From Burkholderiales bacterium (GTDB lineage: Bacteria; Pseudomonadota; Gammaproteobacteria; Burkholderiales; Burkholderiaceae_C): 62,835 nucleotides of DNA. Positions 27,715 through 38,270 of this stretch are shown here, piece after piece. The position numbers and the translations under genes were made by a program. The notes beneath the pieces are model-generated. The model was not told where the DNA came from. It worked only from the letters and a program-made list of their open reading frames with translations, and did not search any database. Positions within the stretch are counted from its first letter, which is position 1. Each line of letters starts with the position of its first letter. Where the stretch lies: the NCBI GenBank assembly GCA_046094425.1, contig JBJTHI010000158.1:1-62835 (forward strand), in the 5' to 3' direction.

Positions 27715-30156
27715 TTGTTGTTCTCACCCTTCCTCTCCTACCCTTGTCGGCATGTCTGCTGTTCTCGTGCGCTGTCCTGGGCGGTTGTTTTGTGCGGTGC
27801 GGGCGCGCAGGGTTTGCCGGTGCGGGCACAAAGCGTGACAGCGGTGCAACTTGCGGTGCCGCCGATCTCAGAGGTATCTGCACCCACAGCGTCATTGAAA
27901 CTAAAACCCACCACCCGGCTGCCAAGGGTGCGGCCTAAACAAGATGCTCAGTCCTTGCCTGCGTTCATCGCAGCCGATCGGCTGCAAGGCCGCCCAGCCT
28001 TGGAGGCTGAAGGTGAAGGTGATGTGGAGTTTGTGCAGGGCGGTTTGTCCGTGCGCGCCGATCGCTTGCACTACGACATTGTCCAAGACTTGGTGCGGGC
28101 CAGCGGTCAAGTTCGCATTGAGCGCAATGGCGATCTGTTCACCGGCCCCGAATTACAACTGCGCGTGAACCAATTCGAGGGCTATTTTCTGAACCCCACT
28201 TACCGCCTGGCGGCTACGCAGGCCAGCGGGAAAGCACAGCGTCTGGATTTCATCAACGACCAGAGCATGGTGATCACAGCAGCCACTTACAGCACCTGTC
28301 CACCCGACGGCTCGCAAGACCCGCCTTGGCTACTGAGTGCGGATCGCGTGCGCTTGAACACCGATCAAAACGAGGGCATTGCAGAGGGCGGGGTGTTGCG
28401 ATTCATGGGCGTGCCGATTTTGGCCTCGCCGGTGCTGAGTTTTCCGGTTTCCGATGAGCGCAAATCGGGCTGGTTACCGCCCAGCCTCACCTTCGATACA
28501 CGCAGTGGTATTCAGTTCGGTGCGCCCTACTACTGGAACATTGCGCCCCAACGCGATGCTACTTTCACGCCCACCCTCATCTCCAAGCGCGGCTTGGGTC
28601 TGGAGTCTGAGTTCAGGTACCTAGAGCCTCGATACAGCGGAGAGTTGCAATTGAATCTGCTGCCCGGCGATCGCCTCAAGAAAGCCGATCGCTACGGTTT
28701 GAATCTACGCCACGAGGCTGATCCCTTGGAAACTACCCAATATGGGCTCAAGGTCTTGCGCGTGTCTGACGACGACTATTGGAAAGACTTTCCTCGCAAC
28801 CTAGGCAGTGCCACGCCGCGACTGTTGTTGTCAGAGGCGCAGGTATCCAGGCCATTTGGCGACTGGACGGCCTATGCCAGAGCGATGAAGTGGCAGGTGC
28901 TGCAAGGCACGGACGTTGCCGCGAAATTCGAGGCGCCTTATGAACGTGTACCCCAGGTGGGAGTGCGAACCCTTCAGCCGCTTGCGGGGGGACTGCGTTT
29001 GGCGATGGAGGCCGAGGTCAATCGTTTTGCCAACCCTGCGGACAGTTTGAACCCGAATCGTGTGACGGGTACACGCGCCCACACGGTAGCCAGTCTGAGT
29101 CGCTCTTGGATAAATCCGGGTTGGACGGTGACGCCGCGCCTGTCGGTCAATGCCGCCAGCTACGACCTCAACCAAGCCATGACTGGGGGGCCGTGGCTGG
29201 GCCAACGCACGGCCAGTCGTGTTATTCCCACCTTCAGCGTGGACAGTCAGTGGGTGTTGGAACGCGACGCCAGTTTGTTTGGCCGCGCGCTGCGCCAAAC
29301 CCTGGAGCCGCGCATCGTGTACGCCCGCACCCCCTATAAAGACCAAAGCGGTTTGCCGGTTTTCGATTCAGCGCTCAAAGACTTCAATTTGAATGCGGTG
29401 TATTCCGAGAACTTGTACTCGGGGGTGGATCGTGTGTCTGATGCCAATCAGGCGACGCTTGGCGTGACCACCCGTTGGTTGGATCCAGGCAACGGTGGTG
29501 AAGTATTGCGACTGGGTTTGGCGCAACGTTATTTATTTGCCACGCAACGTATCACGGCAGATGGTGCCCCCAGCACGCGACGTTTGTCTGATCTTTATTT
29601 TGAGGGCGCAACCGGGCTGATTCCCAAGGTCACACTGGCCTCGTCGGTGCAATACAACCCGGAAATCAGCCGTGCGACCAATTACTCGAACTCGGTGGTT
29701 TACGCTCCTGAGCCATTCAAAGTCTTGAGTCTGCGCCACACCGGCGTGCGTAATGCGTCCGAACAGGTCGCAGTGGGCTGGCAATGGCCTCTTTACGGCC
29801 CGGTGGACAACCATGTGGGCAGCGGCCCGCTGATTCGCCGTACATCCTCCGCTGGCTCTTGCAATGGAACGGTTTACGCCGTGGGCAACGTCAACTACAA
29901 CCGCCGTGACAGCCGGATTACCGATTCCTTGGTGGGTTTGGAGTACGACGCGGGCTGCTGGATTGGCCGATTGGTGGTGGAACGTTTGTCCACCGGTTTA
30001 AGCGAAGCCAATACGCGTATCTATTTGCAATTGGAGTTGGTGGGCCTGTCACGCCTGGGCACCAACCCCTTACAGCGCTTGAAGGACAATGTGGTGGGAT
30101 ACCGCCTGTTGCGCGATAGCGCCAACCCGCAGACGACCACTGGGCCTTATGACTAA
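27715..30156 (+). CDS. lptD: LPS assembly outer-membrane protein LptD
   Basis: OstA-like N-terminal domain and a large beta-barrel. The start is uncertain: TTG at 27715, with no in-frame ATG near the signal peptide. Confidence 0.9.
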   Translation: MLFSPFLSYPCRHVCCSRALSWAVVLCGAGAQGLPVRAQSVTAVQLAVPPISEVSAPTASLKLKPTTRLPRVRPKQDAQSLPAFIAADRLQGRPALEAEGEGDVEFVQGGLSVRADRLHYDIVQDLVRASGQVRIERNGDLFTGPELQLRVNQFEGYFLNPTYRLAATQASGKAQRLDFINDQSMVITAATYSTCPPDGSQDPPWLLSADRVRLNTDQNEGIAEGGVLRFMGVPILASPVLSFPVSDERKSGWLPPSLTFDTRSGIQFGAPYYWNIAPQRDATFTPTLISKRGLGLESEFRYLEPRYSGELQLNLLPGDRLKKADRYGLNLRHEADPLETTQYGLKVLRVSDDDYWKDFPRNLGSATPRLLLSEAQVSRPFGDWTAYARAMKWQVLQGTDVAAKFEAPYERVPQVGVRTLQPLAGGLRLAMEAEVNRFANPADSLNPNRVTGTRAHTVASLSRSWINPGWTVTPRLSVNAASYDLNQAMTGGPWLGQRTASRVIPTFSVDSQWVLERDASLFGRALRQTLEPRIVYARTPYKDQSGLPVFDSALKDFNLNAVYSENLYSGVDRVSDANQATLGVTTRWLDPGNGGEVLRLGLAQRYLFATQRITADGAPSTRRLSDLYFEGATGLIPKVTLASSVQYNPEISRATNYSNSVVYAPEPFKVLSLRHTGVRNASEQVAVGWQWPLYGPVDNHVGSGPLIRRTSSAGSCNGTVYAVGNVNYNRRDSRITDSLVGLEYDAGCWIGRLVVERLSTGLSEANTRIYLQLELVGLSRLGTNPLQRLKDNVVGYRLLRDSANPQTTTGPYD

Positions 30157-31495
30157 GCCAATGTTTACTGAAATTTCTTTTTCCTCTCGCAAGACTACCG
30201 TCGTGTTTGCATGGCTACTGGCCGGGTTGTGGTTCAGTGGCCAAGTGGTGGCTCAGTCCAGTACTGGTGGCGCACGGCAAGGTGACTACATTGTGGCGGT
30301 GGTGAACCAAGAGTTGGTCACTGCGGCAGAAGTGGATCAACGCATGGCTGCTGCACGCGTCGCCAATCGTGGGCGGGAACTGCCCCCTGATCAGGAACTG
30401 CGTCAGCAGGCCCTGGAGTCGTTGATTGAAGAGCGTGTGCTGGTCACCTATGCGCGCAACAGTGGCCTCAAAGTGGAAGACTCCGAAGTCGACCGGGCAG
30501 TAGCCAATGTGGCGGCGCAGAACCAACTGAATGTGCAGCAGCTGCGACAACGCCTTGTGCAAGAAGGCATTCCGTTTGAGCGTTTTCGCGGCACGCTGCG
30601 AGACCAGCTCTTGGTGGAGCGGGTGCGCGAGCGCGAAGTGCTGGGTCGGGTTCGTATCAGTGATGCCGAGGTGGAGGATTGGTTGGCCAAAAAACGTGGT
30701 GAACTCCAAAGCCAGACCACGATGGATATTGCGCAGATTTTGGTGCGTGTGCCTGATGGCGCTTCAGATGCTGTGGTCGCACAGCGCAAGGCCCGTGCCG
30801 AGGAAGCTTTGGCGCGGCTGAACGCGGGGGAGCCGTTTGAACTGGTGGTTGGGCAGTATTCAGATGATGCCAGCACCAAAGATCAAGGTGGCCGATTGGG
30901 GCCCAGAACCGCTGATCGCTTGCCGGACTTGTTTGTTCAGGCCGTGGCGAATTTGAGTGTGGGACAGCGTACCCAAACGTTGCTGCGCTCCGGTGCCGGG
31001 TTCCACATTCTTAAACTCAGCGAACGCAGCGATACAACCGGTTTTGCGGTGACCCAAACCCGCGCACGCCATATTTTGCTGCGTACCTCGGCTCAACTCA
31101 GCCGCGAAGCAGCGGTGCGTCGTTTGCAAACCTTCAAACAGCAAGTGGAAGCCCGTCGCACCTCTTTCGAGCAACTGGCCAAAGACAACTCAGAAGACGG
31201 TTCAGCGGCACAGGGTGGCGAGTTGGGCTGGGCCTCGCCAGGTACTTTTGTGCCCGAGTTTGAGCAGGCCATGAATGCCTTGCCGTTGATGGGCATCTCC
31301 GACCCTGTCGTGTCTCGTTTTGGCGTGCACCTGATTCAAGTGCTGGAGAGGCGCAACCAAGCCCTTGATCTCAAACAACAGCGTGCCTTGGCGCGAAATG
31401 CTTTGCGCGAACAAAAGTTTGAAGAGGCTTATGCAGAGTGGATCGCAGAGTTGCGTGCACGGGCGTATGTCGAGTTGCGCGAAACAAGCCGGTGA
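30149..31495 (+). CDS. surA: periplasmic chaperone / peptidyl-prolyl isomerase SurA
   Basis: SurA N-terminal domain plus parvulin domains. The gene overlaps the lptD stop. Confidence 0.9.
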   Translation: MTKPMFTEISFSSRKTTVVFAWLLAGLWFSGQVVAQSSTGGARQGDYIVAVVNQELVTAAEVDQRMAAARVANRGRELPPDQELRQQALESLIEERVLVTYARNSGLKVEDSEVDRAVANVAAQNQLNVQQLRQRLVQEGIPFERFRGTLRDQLLVERVREREVLGRVRISDAEVEDWLAKKRGELQSQTTMDIAQILVRVPDGASDAVVAQRKARAEEALARLNAGEPFELVVGQYSDDASTKDQGGRLGPRTADRLPDLFVQAVANLSVGQRTQTLLRSGAGFHILKLSERSDTTGFAVTQTRARHILLRTSAQLSREAAVRRLQTFKQQVEARRTSFEQLAKDNSEDGSAAQGGELGWASPGTFVPEFEQAMNALPLMGISDPVVSRFGVHLIQVLERRNQALDLKQQRALARNALREQKFEEAYAEWIAELRARAYVELRETSR

Positions 31496-31526
31496 TACTG
31501 AGTTTTAGTACCGCACGGTCGCACGA

Positions 31527-32294
31527 ATGAAACACGCGCCGCGCAAGCGTTTCGGCCAGCATTTTTTGGTGGATGAGGGCGTTATCCATGCGATTGTTCA
31601 AGGGATAGAGCCCCGTCCTGGCGACGCATTGGTGGAAATAGGCCCTGGCCTGGGCGCGCTCACCAATCCCCTTTTGCGCCAGTGTCATCAGCTCACCGTG
31701 GTGGAATTGGATCGAGACTTGGCCGCGCGTCTACGAAAGCGCCCTGAGCTGCGGGTTGTCGAGGCCGATGTGCTCACGGTGGACTTCGCTGAACTGGCGC
31801 GGGAACTGTTCAAACCGCTGCGTGTGGTGGGCAATTTGCCCTACAACATTTCGACGCCCATCCTCTTTCACTTGATGGACTACGCACCGCATGTGCAAGA
31901 CCAGCACTTCATGCTGCAAAAAGAAGTGGTCGATCGCATGGTGGCTGGGCCTGGCACCAAAGACTATGGACGCCTCTCGGTGATGCTGCAATGGCGTTAC
32001 GAGATGGAAACCTTGCTTGAGGTGCCACCCGAGGCGTTTGATCCTCCCCCGCGTGTGGACTCAGCCGTGGTGCGCATGTTGGTGCGAACTGAACCGGCAG
32101 CGGTCAACCACCAAATTTTGCGCGAGGTGGTGGCCGTGGCCTTCTCCCAGCGACGCAAGCTCTTGCGCCATACCTTGGGCGCGCACTTGGAGAAGTTGGC
32201 TTTTGCCGGTGCTTTCGATGTGCAGCGCCGCGCTGAAGAAGTGCCGGTTCACGAGTACATCGCTTTGGCTCAGGCACTGTCGTTGCCGCCATGA
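31527..32294 (+). CDS. rsmA: 16S rRNA (adenine1518/1519-N6)-dimethyltransferase
   Basis: [11 protein letters not shown]...[10 protein letters not shown] motifs. Confidence 0.93.
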   Translation: MKHAPRKRFGQHFLVDEGVIHAIVQGIEPRPGDALVEIGPGLGALTNPLLRQCHQLTVVELDRDLAARLRKRPELRVVEADVLTVDFAELARELFKPLRVVGNLPYNISTPILFHLMDYAPHVQDQHFMLQKEVVDRMVAGPGTKDYGRLSVMLQWRYEMETLLEVPPEAFDPPPRVDSAVVRMLVRTEPAAVNHQILREVVAVAFSQRRKLLRHTLGAHLEKLAFAGAFDVQRRAEEVPVHEYIALAQALSLPP

Positions 32295-32326
32295 AAAAGG
32301 CGGCCTGCACGGGCCGCCTTTTTATT
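32294..32326. terminator. bidirectional rho-independent terminator (AAAAA-GGCGGCC-n6-GGCCGCC-TTTTT)
   Basis: GC stem flanked by an A-run and a T-run, between convergent rsmA and the minus-strand genes. Confidence 0.75.
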
Positions 32327-32341
32327 TGTACACGCTAACGC

Positions 32342-32557
32342 TCAAGCAGCATTGAGCCACATGGACGTATCGAACGCGCTGCTCATCATCGGCATGTTCA
32401 TGCCGAAGGTGGCTGCTGCTGCGGCGCTCTTGGCTGCGGCTTTGGCGGCGGCCTTGACAGGCTTGTCGCTGGCCTTGTCGCTGCTGTGGGTCACCTCAGT
32501 GGCCCGCTCCCATGACCCTGATTCTTGGGAGCGGGCTACTGAAAAGAATAAAAACAC
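32342..32557 (-). CDS. possible small Ala/Lys-rich protein (uncertain; the true start may be the GTG at 32494)
   Basis: The minus frame shows a GC-rich third-position bias (GCC/AAG/GAC/AGC codons) and ends just before the bidirectional terminator. No recognisable family. Confidence 0.25.
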   Translation of the reverse strand: MFLFFSVARSQESGSWERATEVTHSSDKASDKPVKAAAKAAAKSAAAAATFGMNMPMMSSAFDTSMWLNAA

Positions 32558-32931
32558 CTAAAGGGGATTTTTCTCTCAGCCCAGAAGTCGGCTGCATCTC
32601 GAAAAACATCCAGCAACTGCTCTCGTGCTTCGCGGTCAAAACGCGGGTTGTCAGGCAACTGCTCTAGCACCACCACAAAACCAGTTTGATCGCCGGACTT
32701 GAAGACCAAGTCTGTCATGCAGTCGTAGAGCGCATCCAAGTTTTTGCCGAAGTGTGCGGGAAACAAAAAAGCCTCGGCAATGGCTTCGAGGACGTCCTGC
32801 TTGGACTGGGCCGCACCCAAACTGGCATAGAGGAAATGCTGCTCGGCGGCTTGAGCCGCTTGCTGCAAATCCTCCACGCGGTAGGCGCGGATCGATTGAA
32901 CAATGTTCGGACGCACGGTCTGCAACTGCAT
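32536..32931 (-). CDS. barstar-family ribonuclease inhibitor
   Basis: 131 aa, acidic, with ...VLEAIAEAFLFPAHFGKNLDALYDCMTDL.... It lies immediately downstream of the RNase gene. Confidence 0.8.
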   Translation of the reverse strand: MQLQTVRPNIVQSIRAYRVEDLQQAAQAAEQHFLYASLGAAQSKQDVLEAIAEAFLFPAHFGKNLDALYDCMTDLVFKSGDQTGFVVVLEQLPDNPRFDREAREQLLDVFRDAADFWAERKIPFRCFYSFQ

Positions 32932-32985
32932 GGCCTCGTTCCTTCGTCGGAGTCAAAAAATCTGTATTTAAACGTTGTCCTTCGA

Positions 32986-33402
32986 TCACTGCACAATCCG
33001 GCGAAAGCTGGCGTAGTGGTCGTCGGTGTAGTAACACGCATCGGGACGCTGCACTTGCTGCCCACCGCAAACAATCCGTCTAGCCCCCCGGTCACGCGAC
33101 CCGGGGGTTTTGACTGTGTATTCACGGTAATAGCCGCGAGGCTGCGCTGGGAGAATCCGTTCTCGGTTGCCAAAGACCGATCCATCCTTGCGGTATGGAT
33201 GCGGCCCACCAGCCCGAATGGCACGTTCCGTCGCCTGCGCTTCTTGGGGCAGTTCCGCCAGGCTGACTTGCGCCACCGGTGGCGGCCCTTTGGCCCAAGC
33301 CGCTTGATCTAAGCCTGCTGAAGCGAAGATCAGCCCTGTTGCCAGAGCGGTGAGCCCCCACTTACTAAAAACTGTACGGGCCGCGGTCAGAGCAGAAAGC
33401 AT
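32986..33402 (-). CDS. secreted guanyl-specific ribonuclease (barnase / RNase Sa-N1-T1 family)
   Basis: Signal peptide ending AWA, then GNRERILP...YYREYTV...R...DHY catalytic-region motifs. An alternative GTG start lies at 33423. Confidence 0.85.
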   Translation of the reverse strand: MLSALTAARTVFSKWGLTALATGLIFASAGLDQAAWAKGPPPVAQVSLAELPQEAQATERAIRAGGPHPYRKDGSVFGNRERILPAQPRGYYREYTVKTPGSRDRGARRIVCGGQQVQRPDACYYTDDHYASFRRIVQ

Positions 33403-33652
33403 CACGGATTTTCCCAGTTCCACGAGCCGCTCATGGTAGCGAATTAGGCCGAAAATCTCAAGCCTTTACTTGAGTTCGAGCTCCCCAATACACACCGAGT
33501 GTGTATGCTCACATTCATTTTAATCAAATATTCTCAACGATTTCTACCGTCATTTAATTTTAATAGAGCGGGCCACCTGAGGAGTTTCGACTCGCCTGCG
33601 TGGGCCCCCAGCGGGCGCAAAAAAGCCCCAAACTGGTGCGGGGTTGTGTGAT

Positions 33653-35947
33653 TCAACGACCAGCATTGGCGTCTGCGACGGTTAAAGCTGTCATGTTGAC
33701 GATGCGCCGAACGGTGGCCGAGGGCGTCAGGATATGTACCGGTTGGGCGGCGCCCAGCAGCACCGGGCCGATGGCAATGCCGCCGCCCGCGGCTGTTTTG
33801 AGCAAGTTGTAGCTGATGTTGGCGGCGTCAATATTGGGTAGCACGAGCAAATTGGCTTCGCCCGAGAGTCGGCTGCCCGGCATGATGTCGCGGCGGTACG
33901 CGGCGTCCAGTGCGGTATCACCGTGCATCTCGCCATCCACCTCCAGCCACGGGGCTTGGGTTTGCAACAGGGCCAAGGTTTCGCGCATCTTGACCGCCGA
34001 GGGCTGGTTGCTGGAGCCAAAGTTGCTGTGTGACAGCAAAGCCGCTTTGGGTTGCAGACCAAAACGCATCATTTCTTCTGCGGCCATGGTGGTGATTTCT
34101 GCCAACTGCGCGGCTGTGGGGTCGTAGTTCACATGGGTGTCCACCAGCATGACTTGGCGGCCCGGCAGAATTAGACCGTTCATGCAGGCGTAAGTTTTTG
34201 CCCCGGCGCGCAAACCCACCACTTGGTCGATGTAGTGCAGGTGCAAGGCGGTGGTGCCCCAGGTGCCGCAGAGCATGCCGTCCACTTCCCCCTTTTTCAG
34301 CAGCATGGCACCAATCAAGGTGAGGCGGCGGCGCATTTCGATTTTGGCGAGCTGCGCGGTGACGCCCTTGCGCGCAGTGAGCTGGTGGTAGGTTTGCCAG
34401 TAGTCGCGGTAGCGGTGATCGTTTTCTGTGTTGACCAGGTCGTAGTCGCGCTCAGCTTGCAGGCGCAGGCCAAACTTCTCCACGCGCTGGGCAATCACTT
34501 CGGGGCGGCCAATCAAGGTGGGGCGGGCCAAGCCTTCGTCCACCACCACCTGCACCGCACGCAGCACACGCTCTTCTTCGCCTTCGGCGTAGGCCACCCG
34601 CTTGTTGACCGCCCGCTTGGCAATGTTGAAGATGGGCTTCATCGTCGTGCCTGAGGCGTAGACGAAGGCTTGCAGCTTCTCGCGGTAAGCGTCGAAGTCT
34701 TGAATGGGGCGCTGGGCCACGCCGGAATCTGCTGCCGCTTTGGCAACCGCAGGCGCAATTTTCATCATCAAGCGCGGGTCAAAGGGCTTGGGAATGAGGT
34801 ATTCCGGGCCGAAACTCAAGGTGGCGCCTACGTAAGCGGCGGCGACCACCTCACTTTGTTCGGCTTGTGCCAGCTCGGCAATCGCGTGCACAGCGGCGAT
34901 TTCCATTTCCACCGTGATGGTGGTAGCCCCGCTGTCCAGCGCACCTCGGAAAATATAGGGGAAGCACAGGACGTTGTTGACTTGGTTGGGGTAATCGGTG
35001 CGGCCCGTGGCCATGATGGCGTCGCTGCGCACCTGTTGCACTTCTTCGGGCGTGATCTCGGGTGTGGGATTGGCCAGCGCGAAGATGATGGGCTGGGTCG
35101 ACATAGCGGCCACCATGTCTTTTTTCAGCACCCCGGCGGCGGACAAACCCAGGAACACGTCAGCACCCACAATCGCTTCTGCCAAGGTGCGCTGGGTAGT
35201 TTTTTGCGCGAAGACGATCTTGTCTTCGTCCATCAACTCGGTTCGGCCTTCATAGACCAAACCCGCCAAGTCGGTGACCCAAATGTTCTCCCGTGGCACG
35301 CCCAATTTCACCAGCAGACCCAGGCAAGCCAGCGCGGCGGCACCGGCCCCCGAGGTCACGAGTTTGATTTTTTTGATGTCTTTACCCGTGACCTTCAGCG
35401 CATTGAGCAAGGCTGCACCCACCACGATGGCGGTGCCATGCTGGTCGTCGTGGAAGACGGGAATCTTCATGCGCTCGCGCAACTGGCGCTCCACATAAAA
35501 ACAGTCTGGCGCTTTGATGTCTTCCAGGTTGATGCCACCAAAAGTGGGCTCCAGCGCGGCAATGATGTCCACCAGTTTGTCCAGGTTGTTCTCTGCCAAC
35601 TCGATGTCGAACACGTCAATGCCGGCAAATTTCTTGAACAGAACGCCTTTGCCCTCCATCACCGGTTTGGCCGCCAGCGGGCCAATGTTGCCCAGGCCCA
35701 GCACGGCCGTGCCGTTGGTCACCACCGCCACCAAATTGCCGCGCGAGGTGTAGCGGTAGGCGTTGGCCGGGTCGGCCACGATCTCTTCACAGGCGGCCGC
35801 TACGCCGGGCGAGTAAGCCAGCGCCAAGTCACGCTGGTTGACCAGTTGTTTGGTGGCCGCGATGGCCACCTTTCCGGGGGTGGGGAACTCGTGGTACTCC
35901 AGGGCGGCTTGGCGAAGTTCGGCGGCTTTTTGTTTGGAGTTCGGCAT
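33653..35947 (-). CDS. maeB: NADP-dependent malic enzyme (malic enzyme plus PTA-like C-terminal domain)
   Basis: 764 aa, with [12 protein letters not shown]...AYSPGVA motifs and a phosphate-acetyltransferase-like C-terminus. Confidence 0.95.
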   Translation of the reverse strand: MPNSKQKAAELRQAALEYHEFPTPGKVAIAATKQLVNQRDLALAYSPGVAAACEEIVADPANAYRYTSRGNLVAVVTNGTAVLGLGNIGPLAAKPVMEGKGVLFKKFAGIDVFDIELAENNLDKLVDIIAALEPTFGGINLEDIKAPDCFYVERQLRERMKIPVFHDDQHGTAIVVGAALLNALKVTGKDIKKIKLVTSGAGAAALACLGLLVKLGVPRENIWVTDLAGLVYEGRTELMDEDKIVFAQKTTQRTLAEAIVGADVFLGLSAAGVLKKDMVAAMSTQPIIFALANPTPEITPEEVQQVRSDAIMATGRTDYPNQVNNVLCFPYIFRGALDSGATTITVEMEIAAVHAIAELAQAEQSEVVAAAYVGATLSFGPEYLIPKPFDPRLMMKIAPAVAKAAADSGVAQRPIQDFDAYREKLQAFVYASGTTMKPIFNIAKRAVNKRVAYAEGEEERVLRAVQVVVDEGLARPTLIGRPEVIAQRVEKFGLRLQAERDYDLVNTENDHRYRDYWQTYHQLTARKGVTAQLAKIEMRRRLTLIGAMLLKKGEVDGMLCGTWGTTALHLHYIDQVVGLRAGAKTYACMNGLILPGRQVMLVDTHVNYDPTAAQLAEITTMAAEEMMRFGLQPKAALLSHSNFGSSNQPSAVKMRETLALLQTQAPWLEVDGEMHGDTALDAAYRRDIMPGSRLSGEANLLVLPNIDAANISYNLLKTAAGGGIAIGPVLLGAAQPVHILTPSATVRRIVNMTALTVADANAGR

Positions 35948-36170
35948 GCGATGTCTCGTATGGTTGGATGACAGATGGGCGAGCTTGGCACAGACGACTG
36001 TCGGTGGGCTGTCACTTCGGGTTAGCGAAGGATTTTAGGAGTCGCGGGTGTTTCCCGGTTGCATTCGAGCATGTCAAGCTGGCATGGTGCTATGTTGAGG
36101 CACAAACCACTGGCCTGATGTGCGCAAAACTGCGTATCTGTTTCACCCGCAAAACCACCATACTGCGCCT

Positions 36171-38270
36171 ATGCAACCCACGACCTCGGCCGCCACCTTC
36201 GCTCCACGCCGCGCGCGCAGGGTTTGGTTGTGGATGGCTTTGGTGGCTTTGTTGTTGGTGGCGCAGTCGGTGTTGGTGTGGATGACGCTGCGTTACGAGA
36301 GCGCCCGAACCCAGGAGCAGGTGGAAAACACCGCGACCAGCGTTGCCGCTGAGGTCAGGCAAAACCTGTCGCGTGTGCTGCAAAGTTTGCAGGCCCTGTT
36401 GTGGACCGATCCACCGCTACCGCAGTGGCGTTTGGAAGTGGCTGATCTGTTGCGGCGTTCGCCCGCCGTGCTGCGCGTGGAATGGCGCGATGAGAGCTAT
36501 CGCATTTTGTCCGCCATCGACAGCCCCTTTCGTCCGCCGATTTTCACCCGCATTGCGCGCGCTGACATTGATTTGGAAGCCGACCTGGCTTGTGTCGCGG
36601 CCGCGCGTTTTTCAAGCCCATCCTATTCACGCAGTTACTTCGTTCCCCTGCCCGATGGTTTGGGCCTGGAGGTGATCGATGTGTGCATCCCAGTGCAAAA
36701 CGGCGGACGGCCACACTCCTTCATGGTCGCCACCATCGGACTGAGTGCATTGCTGGCCGATGCGGCCAATGCCGAACAACTCAGGGAGTATGAAGTCACC
36801 TTTGTCGAGGGTGATGGCACCCGGCTGGCGCGGGCGGGTTTGCCGCGTGGAACGGGTGTTTATGTATCTGATCGCGTGGTTGATTTGCCAGGCAACGCTT
36901 TGCAGTTGCGCGCCGACAGCCGTGAAGGTGGCCCGCGTTTGATTCCCAACTTGGCGGTTGCCTTGGTGTTGGGGCTGTCGCTGGCGTTGGGCGCGGTGGT
37001 GGCCCTCTTGGTACGCGATGTGCGCAAACGAGCCCGAGCGGAGGCTGCTCTGGCCGAGTCACTGGCCTTTCGCAAAGCCATGGAAGACTCCTTGGTGACA
37101 GGCCTGCGCGCCCGCGACCTGCAAGGCCGCATTACCTATGTGAACCCGGCCTTTTGCAAAATGGTGGGGCGAGAGGCCCATGAGTTGCTGGGGCATGCCG
37201 TGCAGCCTTATTGGCCGCCCGAGTTGGTGGCCGACTACACCGCCCGGCAAGCGCAACGTCTGGCACGACTGATGGCTGGGAATGCTCACAAAGAACTGAT
37301 TCAAGAAGCACGGGAAGGTTTTGAAACCTTGTTTTTACGTGCCAACGGCGAGCGCTTTCAAGTCATCATTTTTGAAGCTCCATTGGTGGATGGCTCAGGC
37401 GTACAAACCGGTTGGATGAGCGCTGTGCTGGATGTGAGCGCGCAGCGCCGGATGGAGGAGCTGTCGCGCCAGCAACAAGACCGACTGGCCGCCACGGCGC
37501 GTTTAGCGACCGTGGGCGAGATGGCTTCGTTGCTCAGTCACGAGTTGAATCAACCTTTGGCGGCCATTGCCAGCTACGCCACGGGCTCCTTGAATCTGAT
37601 GCAGGCTGAAGTAACGTCCGCAGCACCCATGCAGTTGCCCACGGAGCTTCAACAAAATCTGCAACAGGCGCTGCAACGCATTGCCGAGCAAGCAGACCGC
37701 GCCGGTCGCGTCATCAAAAGCGTGCACAACTTTGTGCGGCGGCGTGAACAAGCCCGCGAGCCCACCAGCGTGCAAGCCTTGGTTGACGCGGTGCTGCCCC
37801 TGGTGCGTTTGCAAGCGCGCAAAAGTGGAACGCGCATTGAGGTCAGGGTGGCTCCTCATCTGCCCCGCGTGGTGTGCGATCGAACCATGGTGGAGCAGGT
37901 CTTGCTCAACTTAACGCGCAACGGCATTCAGGCCATGGAAGACGCCGGCACGGAAGCCCCATCGCGCGAGCTGGCCTTGCTGGTGCAACAGACCCATCCG
38001 GACTGGGTGCATTTTTTCGTCATCGACCGAGGTCCCGGCATCTCTGCCGAAGTTGCCAAACAACTCTTCACCCCCTTTTTCACTACACGCAGCGAAGGCA
38101 TGGGGCTGGGTTTGAGCTTGTGCCGCACGGTGATTGAACAACACGGCGGGGCGCTGGATTTTCAAAGCCCGGCCGCTGCCGGTAGCACCCCCGATCGCGG
38201 TACCGCTTTCAGCTTCACCTTACCCGCCGAACATAAAAGGAGCCACGCTCGCCATGACGCTTCAACTTGA
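36171..38270 (+). CDS. sensor histidine kinase (periplasmic sensor - PAS - HisKA - HATPase; DctS/FixL-type)
   Basis: Two TM segments flank a ~260-aa periplasmic region. It has a PAS module, H box SHELNQPLAAI, N box NLTRNGIQAM and G boxes. Confidence 0.85.
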   Translation: MQPTTSAATFAPRRARRVWLWMALVALLLVAQSVLVWMTLRYESARTQEQVENTATSVAAEVRQNLSRVLQSLQALLWTDPPLPQWRLEVADLLRRSPAVLRVEWRDESYRILSAIDSPFRPPIFTRIARADIDLEADLACVAAARFSSPSYSRSYFVPLPDGLGLEVIDVCIPVQNGGRPHSFMVATIGLSALLADAANAEQLREYEVTFVEGDGTRLARAGLPRGTGVYVSDRVVDLPGNALQLRADSREGGPRLIPNLAVALVLGLSLALGAVVALLVRDVRKRARAEAALAESLAFRKAMEDSLVTGLRARDLQGRITYVNPAFCKMVGREAHELLGHAVQPYWPPELVADYTARQAQRLARLMAGNAHKELIQEAREGFETLFLRANGERFQVIIFEAPLVDGSGVQTGWMSAVLDVSAQRRMEELSRQQQDRLAATARLATVGEMASLLSHELNQPLAAIASYATGSLNLMQAEVTSAAPMQLPTELQQNLQQALQRIAEQADRAGRVIKSVHNFVRRREQAREPTSVQALVDAVLPLVRLQARKSGTRIEVRVAPHLPRVVCDRTMVEQVLLNLTRNGIQAMEDAGTEAPSRELALLVQQTHPDWVHFFVIDRGPGISAEVAKQLFTPFFTTRSEGMGLGLSLCRTVIEQHGGALDFQSPAAAGSTPDRGTAFSFTLPAEHKRSHARHDAST

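Noticed and set aside
32352-32561. 69-aa hydrophobic plus-strand ORF (MSHMDVSNALLIIGMF...)
   Set aside because: It is the antisense image of the Ala/Lys-rich minus-strand ORF. The minus frame has the better third-position GC bias and fits the terminator geometry. Neither frame is strongly supported.
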